Notes: generated by a model from the sequence alone, not told the origin. A stretch of 62,624 bases of DNA from Hadesarchaea archaeon (GCA_029259175.1 JAPDJH010000012.1:1-62624), one strand, 5' to 3'; counted from the stretch's first letter, positions 33,201 to 43,398 are shown. Numbers and translations are program-made.

Positions 33201-33757
33201 CCAACCACCTTGCGGAAGAGCTCCGAAACCCGCGCGCGGAGGTCGTCCAGCGATCCCTCATTCACTATGAGTTCGTCCGCCAAAGCGATCGCCTCTCCCA
33301 TTCCCCATCCGAGTTCCCGGCGGTCCTTCTCGTCAAATCGTTCAGGAGTTGGTGCATCGTCGGCTCTGGCACGCGCGGCTATGCGGGCATAGCGTATGGA
33401 GCGCCGGGCCCACACGGCCCAGAGGTGAAAGCGGTTGCCGAAGGCCTTGCGGAACTCCTCCACCTCGGCGAGCCCGCGAATTCCGTCCACAACCACAGCT
33501 GGCCTACCAACACCCTGCTCCTCAATCAGGGCCACGCACCGCTTTGCGATCGCACCCATGCCCTCGCGCTCACGGAGTTCGTTGGCAAGCTTGGCGACGT
33601 TCTGCTCGGTTATCTCCTCGCCGCGCCGTCTCAGTTCGTTCCACACCACATCCCCCATGCGGACACGGGGGACGCCAAACTCCGCGAGCACCTTCGCTAT
33701 TTCCGTCTTTCCCGATCCCTGCAGCCCCACGAGGCCGATCACTTGAAACGACATCAC
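33197..33757 (-). CDS. UPF0200 / dephospho-CoA-kinase-like P-loop kinase
   Basis: GLQGSGKT, MGDVV, VDGIR, RELGWG. Confidence 0.88.
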   Translation of the reverse strand: MMSFQVIGLVGLQGSGKTEIAKVLAEFGVPRVRMGDVVWNELRRRGEEITEQNVAKLANELREREGMGAIAKRCVALIEEQGVGRPAVVVDGIRGLAEVEEFRKAFGNRFHLWAVWARRSIRYARIAARARADDAPTPERFDEKDRRELGWGMGEAIALADELIVNEGSLDDLRARVSELFRKVVG

Positions 33758-33987
33758 AACTCGACCACGATCAGCGTTGTGGTGTTGGTGACCCCGGGGA
33801 TTCCGCGGATCTCGCCGAAGACGGTCTTGGTCAGCTTTTCGAGCGAGTCCACCTCTATCCGCGCCACGATATCATAGGGTCCAGCCACTGCTTCTGCCAG
33901 CTTCACGCCTTCGATTTGCTTGACGCGCTCAAAAACTTCGGCCGTCTTTCCGGGCTCAGCTGAGATCAAGCTGTACGCCTTCACCAT
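33754..33987 (-). CDS. Stand-alone Lrp/AsnC ligand-binding-domain protein
   Basis: GPYDIVA..IRGIPGVTNTTTLI. Confidence 0.9.
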   Translation of the reverse strand: MVKAYSLISAEPGKTAEVFERVKQIEGVKLAEAVAGPYDIVARIEVDSLEKLTKTVFGEIRGIPGVTNTTTLIVVEL

Positions 33988-34088
33988 ATGCCTCTTTCAC
34001 CTCAATCCCTCATCTCGCTTCATCTATAAACCATTTTGTGTGCTCAGAAAGAGAGCACACTAAATAGGAGAATCACCAGTGATGTCTG

Positions 34089-34484
34089 ATGGATCCGCTC
34101 ATTCGTCTGAGCGCGCTCACGGTGCTGGGGGCGCTGATTTTCGTCGGAAGTCTCTGGTTGCCGTGGGAGGGATACCGCGGTGTTATGCTCGGCGCCGGGT
34201 GGAGGGTGGTCTCTCTGCTTCCCGTGCTCCCATACGCTCCGGTTTTCGGGGCCGCGGTGGGAGCCGCTGGAGCCCTGCTCGGAGTTTTCAACTTGGTTAG
34301 CGCGCGGATCCTGAAGCTGATTCTGTGGATCGGATTCCTCCTCTTGCTACTGGGACGGCTCGCCAGTCTTTACCAGCTCGACCGGCTCCTGAGCGACGGC
34401 TTCGAGAGTGTAGAGCGGGGCGGCGTGGGTTCTGTTGGAGCCATCATCGGACTCGCGGGAATGCGAAAAATGGCGAAACGGTAA
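34089..34484 (+). CDS. Small multi-pass membrane protein
   Basis: Several hydrophobic segments; fills the gap between flanking genes. Confidence 0.55.
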   Translation: MDPLIRLSALTVLGALIFVGSLWLPWEGYRGVMLGAGWRVVSLLPVLPYAPVFGAAVGAAGALLGVFNLVSARILKLILWIGFLLLLLGRLASLYQLDRLLSDGFESVERGGVGSVGAIIGLAGMRKMAKR

Positions 34485-34490
34485 TCCCGC

Positions 34491-35852
34491 TCAGATGCTC
34501 GAGAGAAAGCGCTTGGCCTCCCCCACAACCAGTTGCTTCAGCTCCTCCAGTCTCTGCTGCGATCTAGCCTCCACCACCACACGGGCTTTCGGCTCGGTTC
34601 CGGAAACGCGGACCAACACCCAGCTCCGATCTCTGAACTCCAGTCTCAGCCCGTCTACGTCTATCATCCTCGCCACGTCGCTGAACGTGTTCAGGAGGTA
34701 TCGGCGCATGTGCTCCATGAAGCGCTGTTTTTGCTCGTTGGGGCACCGAAAGTCCTCGTGGTAGAAGGGATAATCGGGAACGCGCTCGGCAAATATCTGG
34801 GACACCGGCTTGGACTCGCTCGCAACCAGCTCAACCAGCTTGGCGGCCGTGAACACCCCGTCGGCCCAAGGGCCGTGATCGAGGAACACCAGCTTGCCCG
34901 GCTCGCCCGCAAAACAGGCGTTGTGCTTCCGCATCTCCTCGGTGAAGCGGCCCAGGGGAACACGGATCACTCGTCCCCCGGTGCGCTCCACCACCTCCTC
35001 GATCGCGAGCGAGGTGTTCACGCTGGTCACCACCGTGCCGCCGCCAGCTCTGCTCGCCACCTGCTCAGCAAAGAGGGCTATGAGAGCATCGTGCTTGATG
35101 AATTCGCCACGCTCGTTCACCGCCGCCACCCGGTCAGCATCCCCGTCATGGGCGATTCCGAGATCGGCGCCTACTGCTCGGACCACTCGCATCAGATCCT
35201 TCAGATTCCACGGCTGCGGCTCCGGCGGGCGTCCTGGGAAGTGACCGTCGGGGTGGGCGTTAAGGGCTATCACCTGACATCCGAGCATGCGGAGGAGTAG
35301 AGGAGTCACGTAGGAAGCCGCGCCGTTCGCACAGTCCACCACCACTCGCAGCCCGCGCTCTACTTGGACCTCATTGGCCATCGCGTCGATATACTCCGAA
35401 ACCATGGCAATCCGGCTCACTCGCTTTATACTCTTCCAGTCGGCTCGTTGGGGCTGGCGGTCCAAAACCAGCTCCTCGATCGCGAGCTCGTCCTCGGAGG
35501 TGAACTCGGAGCCGTCACCGTGGTAGAAAGCGATTCCGTTATCCGGGGGTGGATTGTGTGAGGCGGTTATCATGGCGCCAGCATCGGCTTTGAGAGTTCT
35601 GGTCGCAAAGGCCACGCAGGGGGAGGGAACCAAACCAATCTCTATCACCTCAGCCCCTCCGGCGAGCGCGCCAGCGGTGAAAGAGCGCGCCAACATTTCG
35701 CTGGAGGTGCGGGTGTCCCATCCGACAACCACCGTGCTGCGCCCGCAATACTCCGCCAGTGCTAGGCCGAGGCGGAACAACAGTTCGGGTGTCACTTTCG
35801 AAGCAATCGGACCCCTTATCCCGCGCGTTCCGAAAAGACGCTTCTCGGGCAC
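34491..35852 (-). CDS. Phosphohexomutase (phosphoglucosamine mutase / PMM-PGM)
   Basis: FGT.GIRG, ITASHNP, DGDADR, RVSGTEP. Confidence 0.93.
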   Translation of the reverse strand: MPEKRLFGTRGIRGPIASKVTPELLFRLGLALAEYCGRSTVVVGWDTRTSSEMLARSFTAGALAGGAEVIEIGLVPSPCVAFATRTLKADAGAMITASHNPPPDNGIAFYHGDGSEFTSEDELAIEELVLDRQPQRADWKSIKRVSRIAMVSEYIDAMANEVQVERGLRVVVDCANGAASYVTPLLLRMLGCQVIALNAHPDGHFPGRPPEPQPWNLKDLMRVVRAVGADLGIAHDGDADRVAAVNERGEFIKHDALIALFAEQVASRAGGGTVVTSVNTSLAIEEVVERTGGRVIRVPLGRFTEEMRKHNACFAGEPGKLVFLDHGPWADGVFTAAKLVELVASESKPVSQIFAERVPDYPFYHEDFRCPNEQKQRFMEHMRRYLLNTFSDVARMIDVDGLRLEFRDRSWVLVRVSGTEPKARVVVEARSQQRLEELKQLVVGEAKRFLSSI

Positions 35853-35874
35853 TCTCGCTCACCGCTCCGTGGAA

Positions 35875-37707
35875 CTATTGTTCCAAGAGTTCTGGAATCC
35901 CCAGTTCCTTAAGTTTTTCCTCGGTCGGCTTTCCGTTCGAATCCCACCCGCGCAGCCGGTAGTACTCGTCAAGCATCCGATTGAGGACCTCGGGCGTGAG
36001 TCGTGATTCCGGGAATTCCGGCAGGGGCTCAGAAAGCAATCGTGGGGGCAGGGTATCGTCCTTGCGCGAGATCCCATCACGAACAGCTATTAGCCGCTCG
36101 AGATTGTAGATGCGCTCCCCTATCCGGAGGAGTTCTGACTCGCTGAGCGACCAGCCGGTGATCACCCGCAACATCTCTCTCAGCTCGGGCAGGTGGATGA
36201 CTCTGGTTCCAAACACGCACACACCCATCGAGTCCACCACGGCGCGCTCGTTCTGCAGCCGGATGACGAGCTCTGCCTTTCCCTCGGCTGAAAACCTGTC
36301 ATATTCTCCCCGCAGGATTTCGGCACCGATAGTCCACGCTTTCAAATGGCATGCTCCACGGCACGACGTGGCGTACGCGAGAGCCATGCCCCAAGCGCCG
36401 CGCGGGTCGTAGGCGGGGATCTCGCTGCCCTTGACGTGCACGGCAAAACGGGCCGCATCCCCTCCTATGCGCTCGGCGGCTTTGGCCACGCCCTCAGCTA
36501 GCACGTCACCCACTCCGCGCCTAAAAGTGATGCGCTCCAAGAGCGGAAGAATGACCTCGTGATTGCCGAAGCGCACGTCCAGATCTCTCACTCTGAGCAA
36601 GCCGCGCTCTGCGCATTCCATTGCGAATCCGATCACGTTGCCGGCAGAGATCGTGTCTAAGCCATAGCGGTCGCACCACAGATTGGCAGCGGCTATGACG
36701 TCTAAGCGAGCCACGCCGCACTGCGGACCGAAGCTCCAGATGGTCTCATACTCGGGGCCGTCGACCACGGTACCGGCATAGGGGCCCGATTCCACCTCGC
36801 TGAGCTTGCCGCTTGCAATCGTGCAGGCGTAGCACGCGGTGTCGCGCTTGACGAGTTCCTCTCTCATGCGCTGAGCCGTGAGGTGATCGGCCCCCTGAAA
36901 GCTGCCCTGCTGGAAGTTGCGGGTCGGCCACATCCGCGCCTCGTTTATTGGACCCACGAACTGAGGGGTGCCCCACTTGGAGAAATTCTGAACGAGTTCG
37001 TTCGTGCGGACTTGCTCGCGCAAATCTGCCAGCAACTGCATAAAGCCCTCCTCGTCGGCCACTTCCACGTTTCCACTGCCTACCACAGCGATGGCCTTCA
37101 ACCGCTTGGCACCCATCACGGCTCCGCCGCCTCCGCGCCCATAAGCCCCAGGACGCCCTCCGCCGGTGAGATCCGTGACCACGCAGGCGAAACGCACGAG
37201 GTGCTCGCCGGCCGGGCCGATGGACGCCACTGCGGCTCGGGGTGTTGAAAGCTCGCGCCTGATGTGACGCTCGGTCTCGTCGACGGGGAGACCCCACAGC
37301 TCCGACGCGTCTCGGAACTCGATACTCTCTCGGGTCACGCAGAGCCAAATGGGGCGATCTGCCTGTCCGGTTACAACAAGAGCGTCGACTCCGGCAAATT
37401 TGAGTTCGGCTCCAAAAAACCCACCGGCTGAAGAACAGAGATAGGTTCCGGTGAGGGGGGACTTGGTGATGAGTTCGGATCTCGCACAGGCGGGCAAAGG
37501 GGTTCCGGTTGCGGGCCCTGTGGCGAAGATTAGTGGATTAGAGGATTCGAATGGATCTGCGCCGGGAGGGAGAGCGCGCCAGAGCAGGGCGGCGCCTAGA
37601 CCCCTTCCACCTATGAAGGCTTTAGCAAGTCGTTCTGGTGTTTCTGAGACCGTGAACGAGCGTTTTGATAGATCCGCCGTGAGAATCCAGCCCCCGTAGC
37701 CAAACAT
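35875..37707 (-). CDS. aor: Aldehyde:ferredoxin oxidoreductase family (tungsten enzyme)
   Basis: GGRGLG, KSPLTG, IGPAGE, GRGGGGAVMG.K.LKA, CYAC, GPEYET, GLDTIS, RGACH. Confidence 0.95.
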   Translation of the reverse strand: MFGYGGWILTADLSKRSFTVSETPERLAKAFIGGRGLGAALLWRALPPGADPFESSNPLIFATGPATGTPLPACARSELITKSPLTGTYLCSSAGGFFGAELKFAGVDALVVTGQADRPIWLCVTRESIEFRDASELWGLPVDETERHIRRELSTPRAAVASIGPAGEHLVRFACVVTDLTGGGRPGAYGRGGGGAVMGAKRLKAIAVVGSGNVEVADEEGFMQLLADLREQVRTNELVQNFSKWGTPQFVGPINEARMWPTRNFQQGSFQGADHLTAQRMREELVKRDTACYACTIASGKLSEVESGPYAGTVVDGPEYETIWSFGPQCGVARLDVIAAANLWCDRYGLDTISAGNVIGFAMECAERGLLRVRDLDVRFGNHEVILPLLERITFRRGVGDVLAEGVAKAAERIGGDAARFAVHVKGSEIPAYDPRGAWGMALAYATSCRGACHLKAWTIGAEILRGEYDRFSAEGKAELVIRLQNERAVVDSMGVCVFGTRVIHLPELREMLRVITGWSLSESELLRIGERIYNLERLIAVRDGISRKDDTLPPRLLSEPLPEFPESRLTPEVLNRMLDEYYRLRGWDSNGKPTEEKLKELGIPELLEQ

Positions 37708-37834
37708 CGAATATGATTGTTCGGGTGCGATTTAACCGTTTAGTGTGTGTTGGCGGCGTAGAGGTCTTGACACACCGCCGCCGCACGGTGAGGAATTAAA
37801 AAATCATATTGGAAAAACTGAGATGGAGAGCCCT

Positions 37835-38434
37835 ATGAAAATCGGGGTGATCGGAGTACAGGGGGCGGTAAGTGAACACCTCGAGATCACGCGCGCCGCG
37901 ATGGAGCGGTGCGGATTCACGGGAAGCGTGGAGTGGGTCGATCGCGCCGAGAAGCTCAGAGGACTTGACGGAATAATCATTCCTGGGGGCGAGAGCACCA
38001 CCATAGGGAGGCTCATGCAACGGACTGGAATGTTCGAGCGCATCCGGGAGATGGGGCTTGGAGGGGTCCCGATTATGGGCACGTGCGCGGGGATGATTCT
38101 GCTGGCGAAGGTGGGTGACGAACAGGTGAAGCGGACGGGGCAACCGCTCTTGGGGCTGGTGGACATGGAAATCGAGCGCAACGCGTTCGGGCGACAGCGG
38201 GAGTCGTTCGAGGTGGATCTCCCGGTCACAATTCTCGGTGGCGAGCCGTTCAGGGCGGTGTTCATTCGTGCGCCAGCTGTGCGGCGCGTGTGGGGCAACG
38301 CTCAGGTGATCGCACGGTTCAACGGACGGATCGTTGGTGTGCTCCAGCAAAACTTTTTGGCGCTGGCGTTCCATCCCGAGCTCACAGCGGACACGAGGCT
38401 GCACGAATACTTCTTGTGGATGTGTAAACGATAA
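37835..38434 (+). CDS. pdxT: PLP synthase glutaminase subunit
   Basis: QGAVSEH, PGGESTT, GTCAG, RNAFGRQRESF, FIRAP, FHPEL. Confidence 0.96.
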   Translation: MKIGVIGVQGAVSEHLEITRAAMERCGFTGSVEWVDRAEKLRGLDGIIIPGGESTTIGRLMQRTGMFERIREMGLGGVPIMGTCAGMILLAKVGDEQVKRTGQPLLGLVDMEIERNAFGRQRESFEVDLPVTILGGEPFRAVFIRAPAVRRVWGNAQVIARFNGRIVGVLQQNFLALAFHPELTADTRLHEYFLWMCKR

Positions 38435-38499
38435 CGCGGGGTTTTTTTTAGATGGCTACTCTGGGATTGTGCGGTCCTTTATTCAACGAACAAATGAAC

Positions 38500-38690
38500 T
38501 CAGCCAACAAATTTTGCGCAGAGGCTGACCAGCTCTTTGACTCGAGCAAAAACCTGCCTCACATAATCCATGCTGAACGTCTCTTTGGCTGGGATCCCCT
38601 CACACTCGTAGCCGCACATTGTTGTCCCTCTATTTTGCTCAGCTCTGAGAGCAGTCGTTTGAGTTCTTCGCTCCGCTGGCGCAGGTAGCC
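38500..38690 (-). pseudogene. Possible C-terminal remnant of a HEPN-domain gene
   Basis: NRGTTMCGYECEGIPAKETFSMDYV..LVSLC resembles the archaeal HEPN C-terminus (R-x4-YG-x-E..GIP..F); no N-terminal half is visible. Confidence 0.4.
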
Positions 38691-38768
38691 CCATTAATAC
38701 CATTCCCTCTATGGTCCCGCCCCGGTAAAGAAAAAAACATAAGTATCCAGAGCTCATCTTCATTCGGT

Positions 38769-38843
38769 GGGCCGGTAGCTCAGCCTGGTATGAGCGCTCG
38801 CTTGGCATGCGAGAGGTCGCGGGTTCAAATCCCGCCCGGTCCA
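38769..38843 (+). tRNA. tRNA-Ala(GGC)
   Basis: Cloverleaf GGGCCGG/CCGGTCC with a G3:U70 pair, anticodon arm CTCGC-TTGGCAT-GCGAG, T-loop GTTCAAAT; CCA not encoded. Confidence 0.97.
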
Positions 38844-39532
38844 CTAACATTCTTCAATTCTCTGAGCAAGGGAATGTCTCTGAGCATTCTGTCGCCCACG
38901 AGATACCACAAAACCCCTTCTGGTCTGGGAGGCCTTCCCACAACTCGAAGAGTTCGACGTGGAGTAAGAATGAGATCCACTGGAACATCGTGGGGCTCGA
39001 GGGGGATTGCGTTCACGATCTGAATCTCGTGCACTGTTGTGGCAATGGGAACACTATCAGTGACTGCCCTAGCCTCCTTTAGAATGGCAAACTCAAGGTC
39101 GCCGAAGCCTCCGCCTTTTCCCACGCGCCCGCCTTGGAGATCCACGGCGACAGAGCCCTCGATCATGAGGTCTACCTTCACATCCCACGGCTTGACGGAA
39201 CGCCCGAATCGAAGGGCGCCGCGTATGGTTGCGGCTTCGCGGGGAGAGCGAACATTCGCGAGCGTCAGCAAGCCCCTGCGCAGTCTGGGGGATGCCATAA
39301 TCAGACGCTTTCCGTCGCGGAGAATTCGCTCGCGGAGAGGGAGCTGGGGAGAATCCGGGTTCGCGAACACGGTGTCGGCCTCTCGGTAGACGCGTAGGGA
39401 ACAGAGACGATCGGCCGCCCGCTCACTCCCCTCGAAGTTTGGAATTCTACCCTCCGGGGGCAACGGGGGTCTTGCCACTCCGGACTTGACCAGCTTGTGC
39501 CACACCAGCTCGCGGATCTGCTGCTTGTCCAC
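38825..39532 (-). CDS. 5-formyltetrahydrofolate cyclo-ligase family protein
   Basis: GRIPNF.G, NPDSPQ, GSVAVD..GGRVGKGGGFGDLE, HDVPVD. Confidence 0.92.
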   Translation of the reverse strand: MDKQQIRELVWHKLVKSGVARPPLPPEGRIPNFEGSERAADRLCSLRVYREADTVFANPDSPQLPLRERILRDGKRLIMASPRLRRGLLTLANVRSPREAATIRGALRFGRSVKPWDVKVDLMIEGSVAVDLQGGRVGKGGGFGDLEFAILKEARAVTDSVPIATTVHEIQIVNAIPLEPHDVPVDLILTPRRTLRVVGRPPRPEGVLWYLVGDRMLRDIPLLRELKNVSGPGGI

Positions 39533-39627
39533 CGAGTTTATTTATATGCGAAGGTTTCATCTATTTTGGCGGTGATCGCATCCCGCGGAGAAAAATTGAT
39601 GTTCGGCCCATTGTTGGGGCTGCTGTT

Positions 39628-40638
39628 GTGTTTCTGATTCTAGGCGCCATCATCTTCTCGGCGCTCTATTTCCTGATCATCAAGCCGGCGGCAGAGGAAC
39701 TTGAGTCGGCCAAGGTGTCGGCCCTGCAGGTGGTCCAAGAGCTGAGCTCGTTGGGGACTGATCAGGCCGTGTCGGATGCGTCCACTTTCACCACTCAGAT
39801 CAAGGAAGCGGATTCCAAGTCGGAGGTGCAGGCGATTCTGACAGAGGTACAGACGGCGCTGGCGCGAGAACAGAAGCGGGTGGAGTTGCTGGATCTGGCG
39901 AGACAGGCGTATAGAGGTACGTTCTACTCCGGGGAAAGCGAGGAGGGAAAGACCGTGCTGTCCGAGCTGCAGTCCCTAAAGGACACTCTGATAAGCGATA
40001 TCAACTCCAAGACCTCTCTCAGCCAGCTGGAGGCCTACGAGTCGGAGCTGGACAGCAAAGCGACTACGGCGTGGCGGAATGCGCTCACCCGCGTGCTGAA
40101 CTCGATAGAGGACAACGAGGTGTTCTTGGAGCGGAAGAACAGCATTCCGTACTCGGAGCGGATGAGCAAAGAGAACGCCCTCCAGCGCATCGAGAACTAC
40201 GGGTGGGAGGAGCTGAGAAAGATCCGGTTTGTGAAGCCCACGGTGGAGGTGCCGGTGATAGACACTCTGAGGCGGTCGCCGACGGTTCGGGAGGGGGCGA
40301 TGGTCAAGATTTATCTCTACGACTACTCGACCGGAGAACTGACGTTGCTGACGCCGAACGCCACGGTCTCGCACGTGCTCTACCGAGACACGGACATGCA
40401 GGTGGGAGGAGTCAGTCTGTGGGAGAACATCAAAACTCTGGTGGCGAGCGGTCAGGTGGCCGGGTTCGCCGGGTTCGGTGAGAGCGCGGTCAGCAGCGCG
40501 ATCGACGCGAACATTCTCTCTTATGATATCTCCGTGATCTACGTGGTGGAGGTCTCCGATCTGACCGGGGAGGAGATACTCAAGTACGAGTTCTACCAGA
40601 GCGGGACCAAGGACGTTGTATTGGTTCCGTTGGCCTGA
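39628..40638 (+). CDS. DUF515-like membrane-anchored protein (family linked to archaeal type IV pilus loci)
   Basis: N-terminal TM, ELESAK helical region, C-terminal YVVEV..ILKYE; the frame extends upstream to ~39580. Confidence 0.65.
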   Translation: MFLILGAIIFSALYFLIIKPAAEELESAKVSALQVVQELSSLGTDQAVSDASTFTTQIKEADSKSEVQAILTEVQTALAREQKRVELLDLARQAYRGTFYSGESEEGKTVLSELQSLKDTLISDINSKTSLSQLEAYESELDSKATTAWRNALTRVLNSIEDNEVFLERKNSIPYSERMSKENALQRIENYGWEELRKIRFVKPTVEVPVIDTLRRSPTVREGAMVKIYLYDYSTGELTLLTPNATVSHVLYRDTDMQVGGVSLWENIKTLVASGQVAGFAGFGESAVSSAIDANILSYDISVIYVVEVSDLTGEEILKYEFYQSGTKDVVLVPLA

Positions 40639-40851
40639 TGGGTAAAGAGCGCTTCTCGAGCACCATGGCCGTTCCGCCGTTGAGAACCATTTCGAAGGTA
40701 AGCTCTAGCAGTTCTTCCAACAGGTCAGACCCCCACACCGAGTGCTGGAGCCTGTGAGCGTTCAGGTTGTGCAGGGCTCGGTTCACCGGTTGGCGAAGAG
40801 AAGTATCCGCTCGCTTCACGTCGTACATGAGCAGGTATGCTGCTTTCCCAT
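40580..40851 (-). pseudogene. Second Cas2/PaaX-like ferredoxin-fold ORF, probably frameshifted near its 5' end
   Basis: AAYLLMYDV..LRQPVNRAL..AHRLQHSVW (Cas2-type YD and LQxSV motifs); the upstream ATG at 40851 is one base out of frame. Confidence 0.6.
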
Positions 40852-41010
40852 TCTCTTTTCGGGCTAGAGGTTGTTTAAAAGTTCTGTCACGTAAATGAAT
40901 GTGGTATTGTCACATATAATATTATATCAGATTACTTAATGTATCCCAAATATCTTTTAGCCAAAACTTCTAAACGCCGCCCCCCCACCCCCTCATTTTC
41001 ACCATTTTCT

Positions 41011-41456
41011 TTATTGCCGAAGTGGCCACTTTTTCGAAATCATCCCTTTCCTCATCAATTCAATAATAACTGCCGCACTGATTTTCAATTTAATCTCGCT
41101 GGCGAGTGCCCTGCCCTCCAGCTCGTAGGCAGCGTCAACGTCGTCCATTATCAGGTTTCTGATGCCGTTTTCCACGCAACAAACAAAGCATGAAGCTTTA
41201 CCTTTATCCACGCCCGAGGAGAGCAACCCATCCACTTTTTCTTGCCCTTATCCTCACGACTGAGATTTTCCGCTTGTCTATCAATTTCAAGATGTTTTCT
41301 GCGGCTTTGCCCTTTAGATCAGAAAACTTGCTTATCTCCTTTAGCTCCTCGACTTACTACGGGAATCGTTATTTCAATTATTTTCAATGCCCGCCTCAGC
41401 AGACCAACCATTTCCAGAGAGACTAGGGCGGAGGTATCCATCACGGCCTTGATCAT
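41011..41456 (-). pseudogene. PIN-domain (VapC-like) toxin with two frameshifts
   Basis: MIKAVMDTSALV / VEELKEI / VDKGKASC..LIMDD lie in different frames; the conserved Glu appears as Lys. Confidence 0.8.
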
Positions 41457-41751
41457 CGGAGCCCTTCCACGAGCGACTTTTGGCCGTTTGGGTGTAGAAA
41501 GCGATTTTTCTGGCTTCCTTATATCCAACGATTTTTATCAACTCCTCGAACGAGATTTCATCCAGAGCGAACTTTCTAGCCGCGATCTTCTTTATCTCCA
41601 TCATCTCCGTTTCTCTCCGGATGAACTCGATTAACGCCTCCCTGATCAAGTTGGACTTGGTTTCGATTCTCTCCCTAGCCATTTTTTCAATCTTATTTTT
41701 CCACTCTGGCTCTATTCTAATCGTTAAAGTCTTCTCCCGCATTCCAATCAC
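41374..41751 (-). pseudogene. RHH/CopG antitoxin with a 3' frameshift
   Basis: KTLTIRI..KSNLIREAL..F; the natural end (KKSLVEGLR*, overlapping the PIN ATG) is one base out of frame. Confidence 0.7.
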
Positions 41752-41844
41752 GTATTACATTGTGTTACAATTGGTATACAAACGTTGTGAAAAGCCCTAT
41801 CCGGAAACTAGAAAAAAATTGTTGTTTGTTTTCGGGTGCCTGCA

Positions 41845-42780
41845 CTAGACTCGATGTGCTTTGGCACGTCTCCCTAGGAACCCCGGCCTCTCGGAGACTT
41901 CTTGATTTTTGTTTGACTTGATTAGAGATTCCGCGAGCCCCCAGAAGATGCTCTCAAGCCTAGGGGCTATTTTCTCGGATGGCTTTATTTTGGTTTCGAG
42001 TAGCCTGAGAGTAATCTCTTTGAGCGCTTGGCTTGCGGGGCAGTTCTCATTCTCAGCCACGACCGGGATGTTGCGCGCGAAGGTGTCATCCACCAGATCG
42101 TCCTTTGGTACCACACCCAGCACCGGTCCGATTTCGCTCGCCTTTTTTACCCATTCCTGTTTTTTGTGCTTGGAGGACAGGCGGTTGATTACGACCCCGA
42201 TCGTCTGCGCGCCCAGCATCCGTTCGAGGTCGCTGGCGGTGGTCAGAGTTGCCTCGATTGATTCATCCGTAGGGTCAATGACATAAATGATCCCATCTCC
42301 TAAGCCAGCAAGAAACATGTGCTCCATTCCTCTTGTCGCAGGAGTATCCACAAAAACTAGGGAAAAAATCTTCTGCAGCTCATCCTTCATGTCATCTAAC
42401 TGCCGTGCGATCTGCATGACCGACGCATAGCGACCACCATGCATAGGTGGGAGAAAGCTTTCCCTTTGCTTTTGCCCACGCCGACGCTTTGCCGCAGGAA
42501 GGATTCCGAGGTTTGGATAAATCGCCTCGCCGGTGTCCGGATTCACTAGGTCGCACTGGTGCAGGGCATCCTCGAGGGGGCTAATCCCCCGCAACACGTC
42601 GGCGAGCGTTGCTTTTGGTTTTCTGCACATCTTGAACTGAATGGTGTTTACCACCAAGTCGCCGTCAATCAGGAGCACATTCTGATTGGGTCTCAGCTTC
42701 GAAGCCCAGAGACCCAGCCCCATGACAATGGTCGACTTTCCTGAACCACCCTTGGAGCTTATCACGGTGATAAAGCTCAT
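41845..42780 (-). CDS. MinD/ParA-family ATPase (second copy, with an insertion and C-terminal extension)
   Basis: KGGSGKST, IDGD, VDTP, GVVINR, VPKD; ATGA overlap with the upstream ArsR gene. Confidence 0.88.
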   Translation of the reverse strand: MSFITVISSKGGSGKSTIVMGLGLWASKLRPNQNVLLIDGDLVVNTIQFKMCRKPKATLADVLRGISPLEDALHQCDLVNPDTGEAIYPNLGILPAAKRRRGQKQRESFLPPMHGGRYASVMQIARQLDDMKDELQKIFSLVFVDTPATRGMEHMFLAGLGDGIIYVIDPTDESIEATLTTASDLERMLGAQTIGVVINRLSSKHKKQEWVKKASEIGPVLGVVPKDDLVDDTFARNIPVVAENENCPASQALKEITLRLLETKIKPSEKIAPRLESIFWGLAESLIKSNKNQEVSERPGFLGRRAKAHRV

Positions 42781-43220
42781 GTTGTTCCCTTGAAAAATTC
42801 TTCTTCTCTCTCAGGCAACTCAAACGGCTTTCGCGGCCGCCTCCTCGCGCGCCATCGTATCTGGATGTCGCCGGCGCGGTAGATTATCTTGGACCGCTTG
42901 CCCTCTCCTGGCATGGAGCCAACGAGCCCTGCTTTCTCGAGTATTTTGAGATGATGGTGGACGGTTACGTCTTGATAACGCGCTTCTTCCCCTCTCATTC
43001 GTAGCTCTCGATTGAGCAACCGGGTGACCATGTACTTCCGCATGGGGCCGTATCGATCGAGAAGTGCCAAGATCATGCGCCGGATTTCGTTGCTGTACGC
43101 GCGCGCAAGCTCTACCGCCCTCCCTTCACTGATATTTCGCCACTCACCCACGCTTGGTTTGATGAAAGGCTTCGCAGCCCGCGCTCTCGCTATTTTGGGT
43201 TCTGATTTTTCGTCTGGCAT
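42777..43220 (-). CDS. ArsR-type winged-HTH regulator
   Basis: NEIRRMILALL..TVHHHLKILEKAGLV..IIYR. Confidence 0.88.
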   Translation of the reverse strand: MPDEKSEPKIARARAAKPFIKPSVGEWRNISEGRAVELARAYSNEIRRMILALLDRYGPMRKYMVTRLLNRELRMRGEEARYQDVTVHHHLKILEKAGLVGSMPGEGKRSKIIYRAGDIQIRWRARRRPRKPFELPEREEEFFKGTT

Positions 43221-43251
43221 ACTATAATTTTGGCTTCTTTTCGCTTAAAAT

Positions 43252-43277
43252 ATTTTCTTATTGAAATTTTTCTTATT
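43252..43277. promoter_or_regulatory. Tandem ATTTT(T)CTTATT motifs in the divergent ArsR / giant-gene promoter
   Basis: Copies start at 43252 and 43266; the reverse complement ATAAGAAAAT recurs at 58543. Confidence 0.5.
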
Positions 43278-43398
43278 CATTTATAGAAAAAATTAAACCC
43301 TAGAGGTACAAGAAAATCTCTTTAGGAACCAGTTATTTTTCCAAAAAAAGCATTTATGGGCGCTCTTTCATAGAATAAAGTGAAAAAAGGGGAGAAAA

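Noticed and set aside
38769-38843. tRNA-Ala as the attachment site of an integrated element
   Set aside because: No duplicated tRNA 3' end and no integrase gene were noticed; the 19-bp antisense overlap with the neighbouring CDS is not sufficient evidence.
27476-40851. CRISPR-Cas locus suggested by two Cas2-like ORFs
   Set aside because: No cas1 or effector genes and no regularly spaced repeat-spacer array were seen anywhere in the window.
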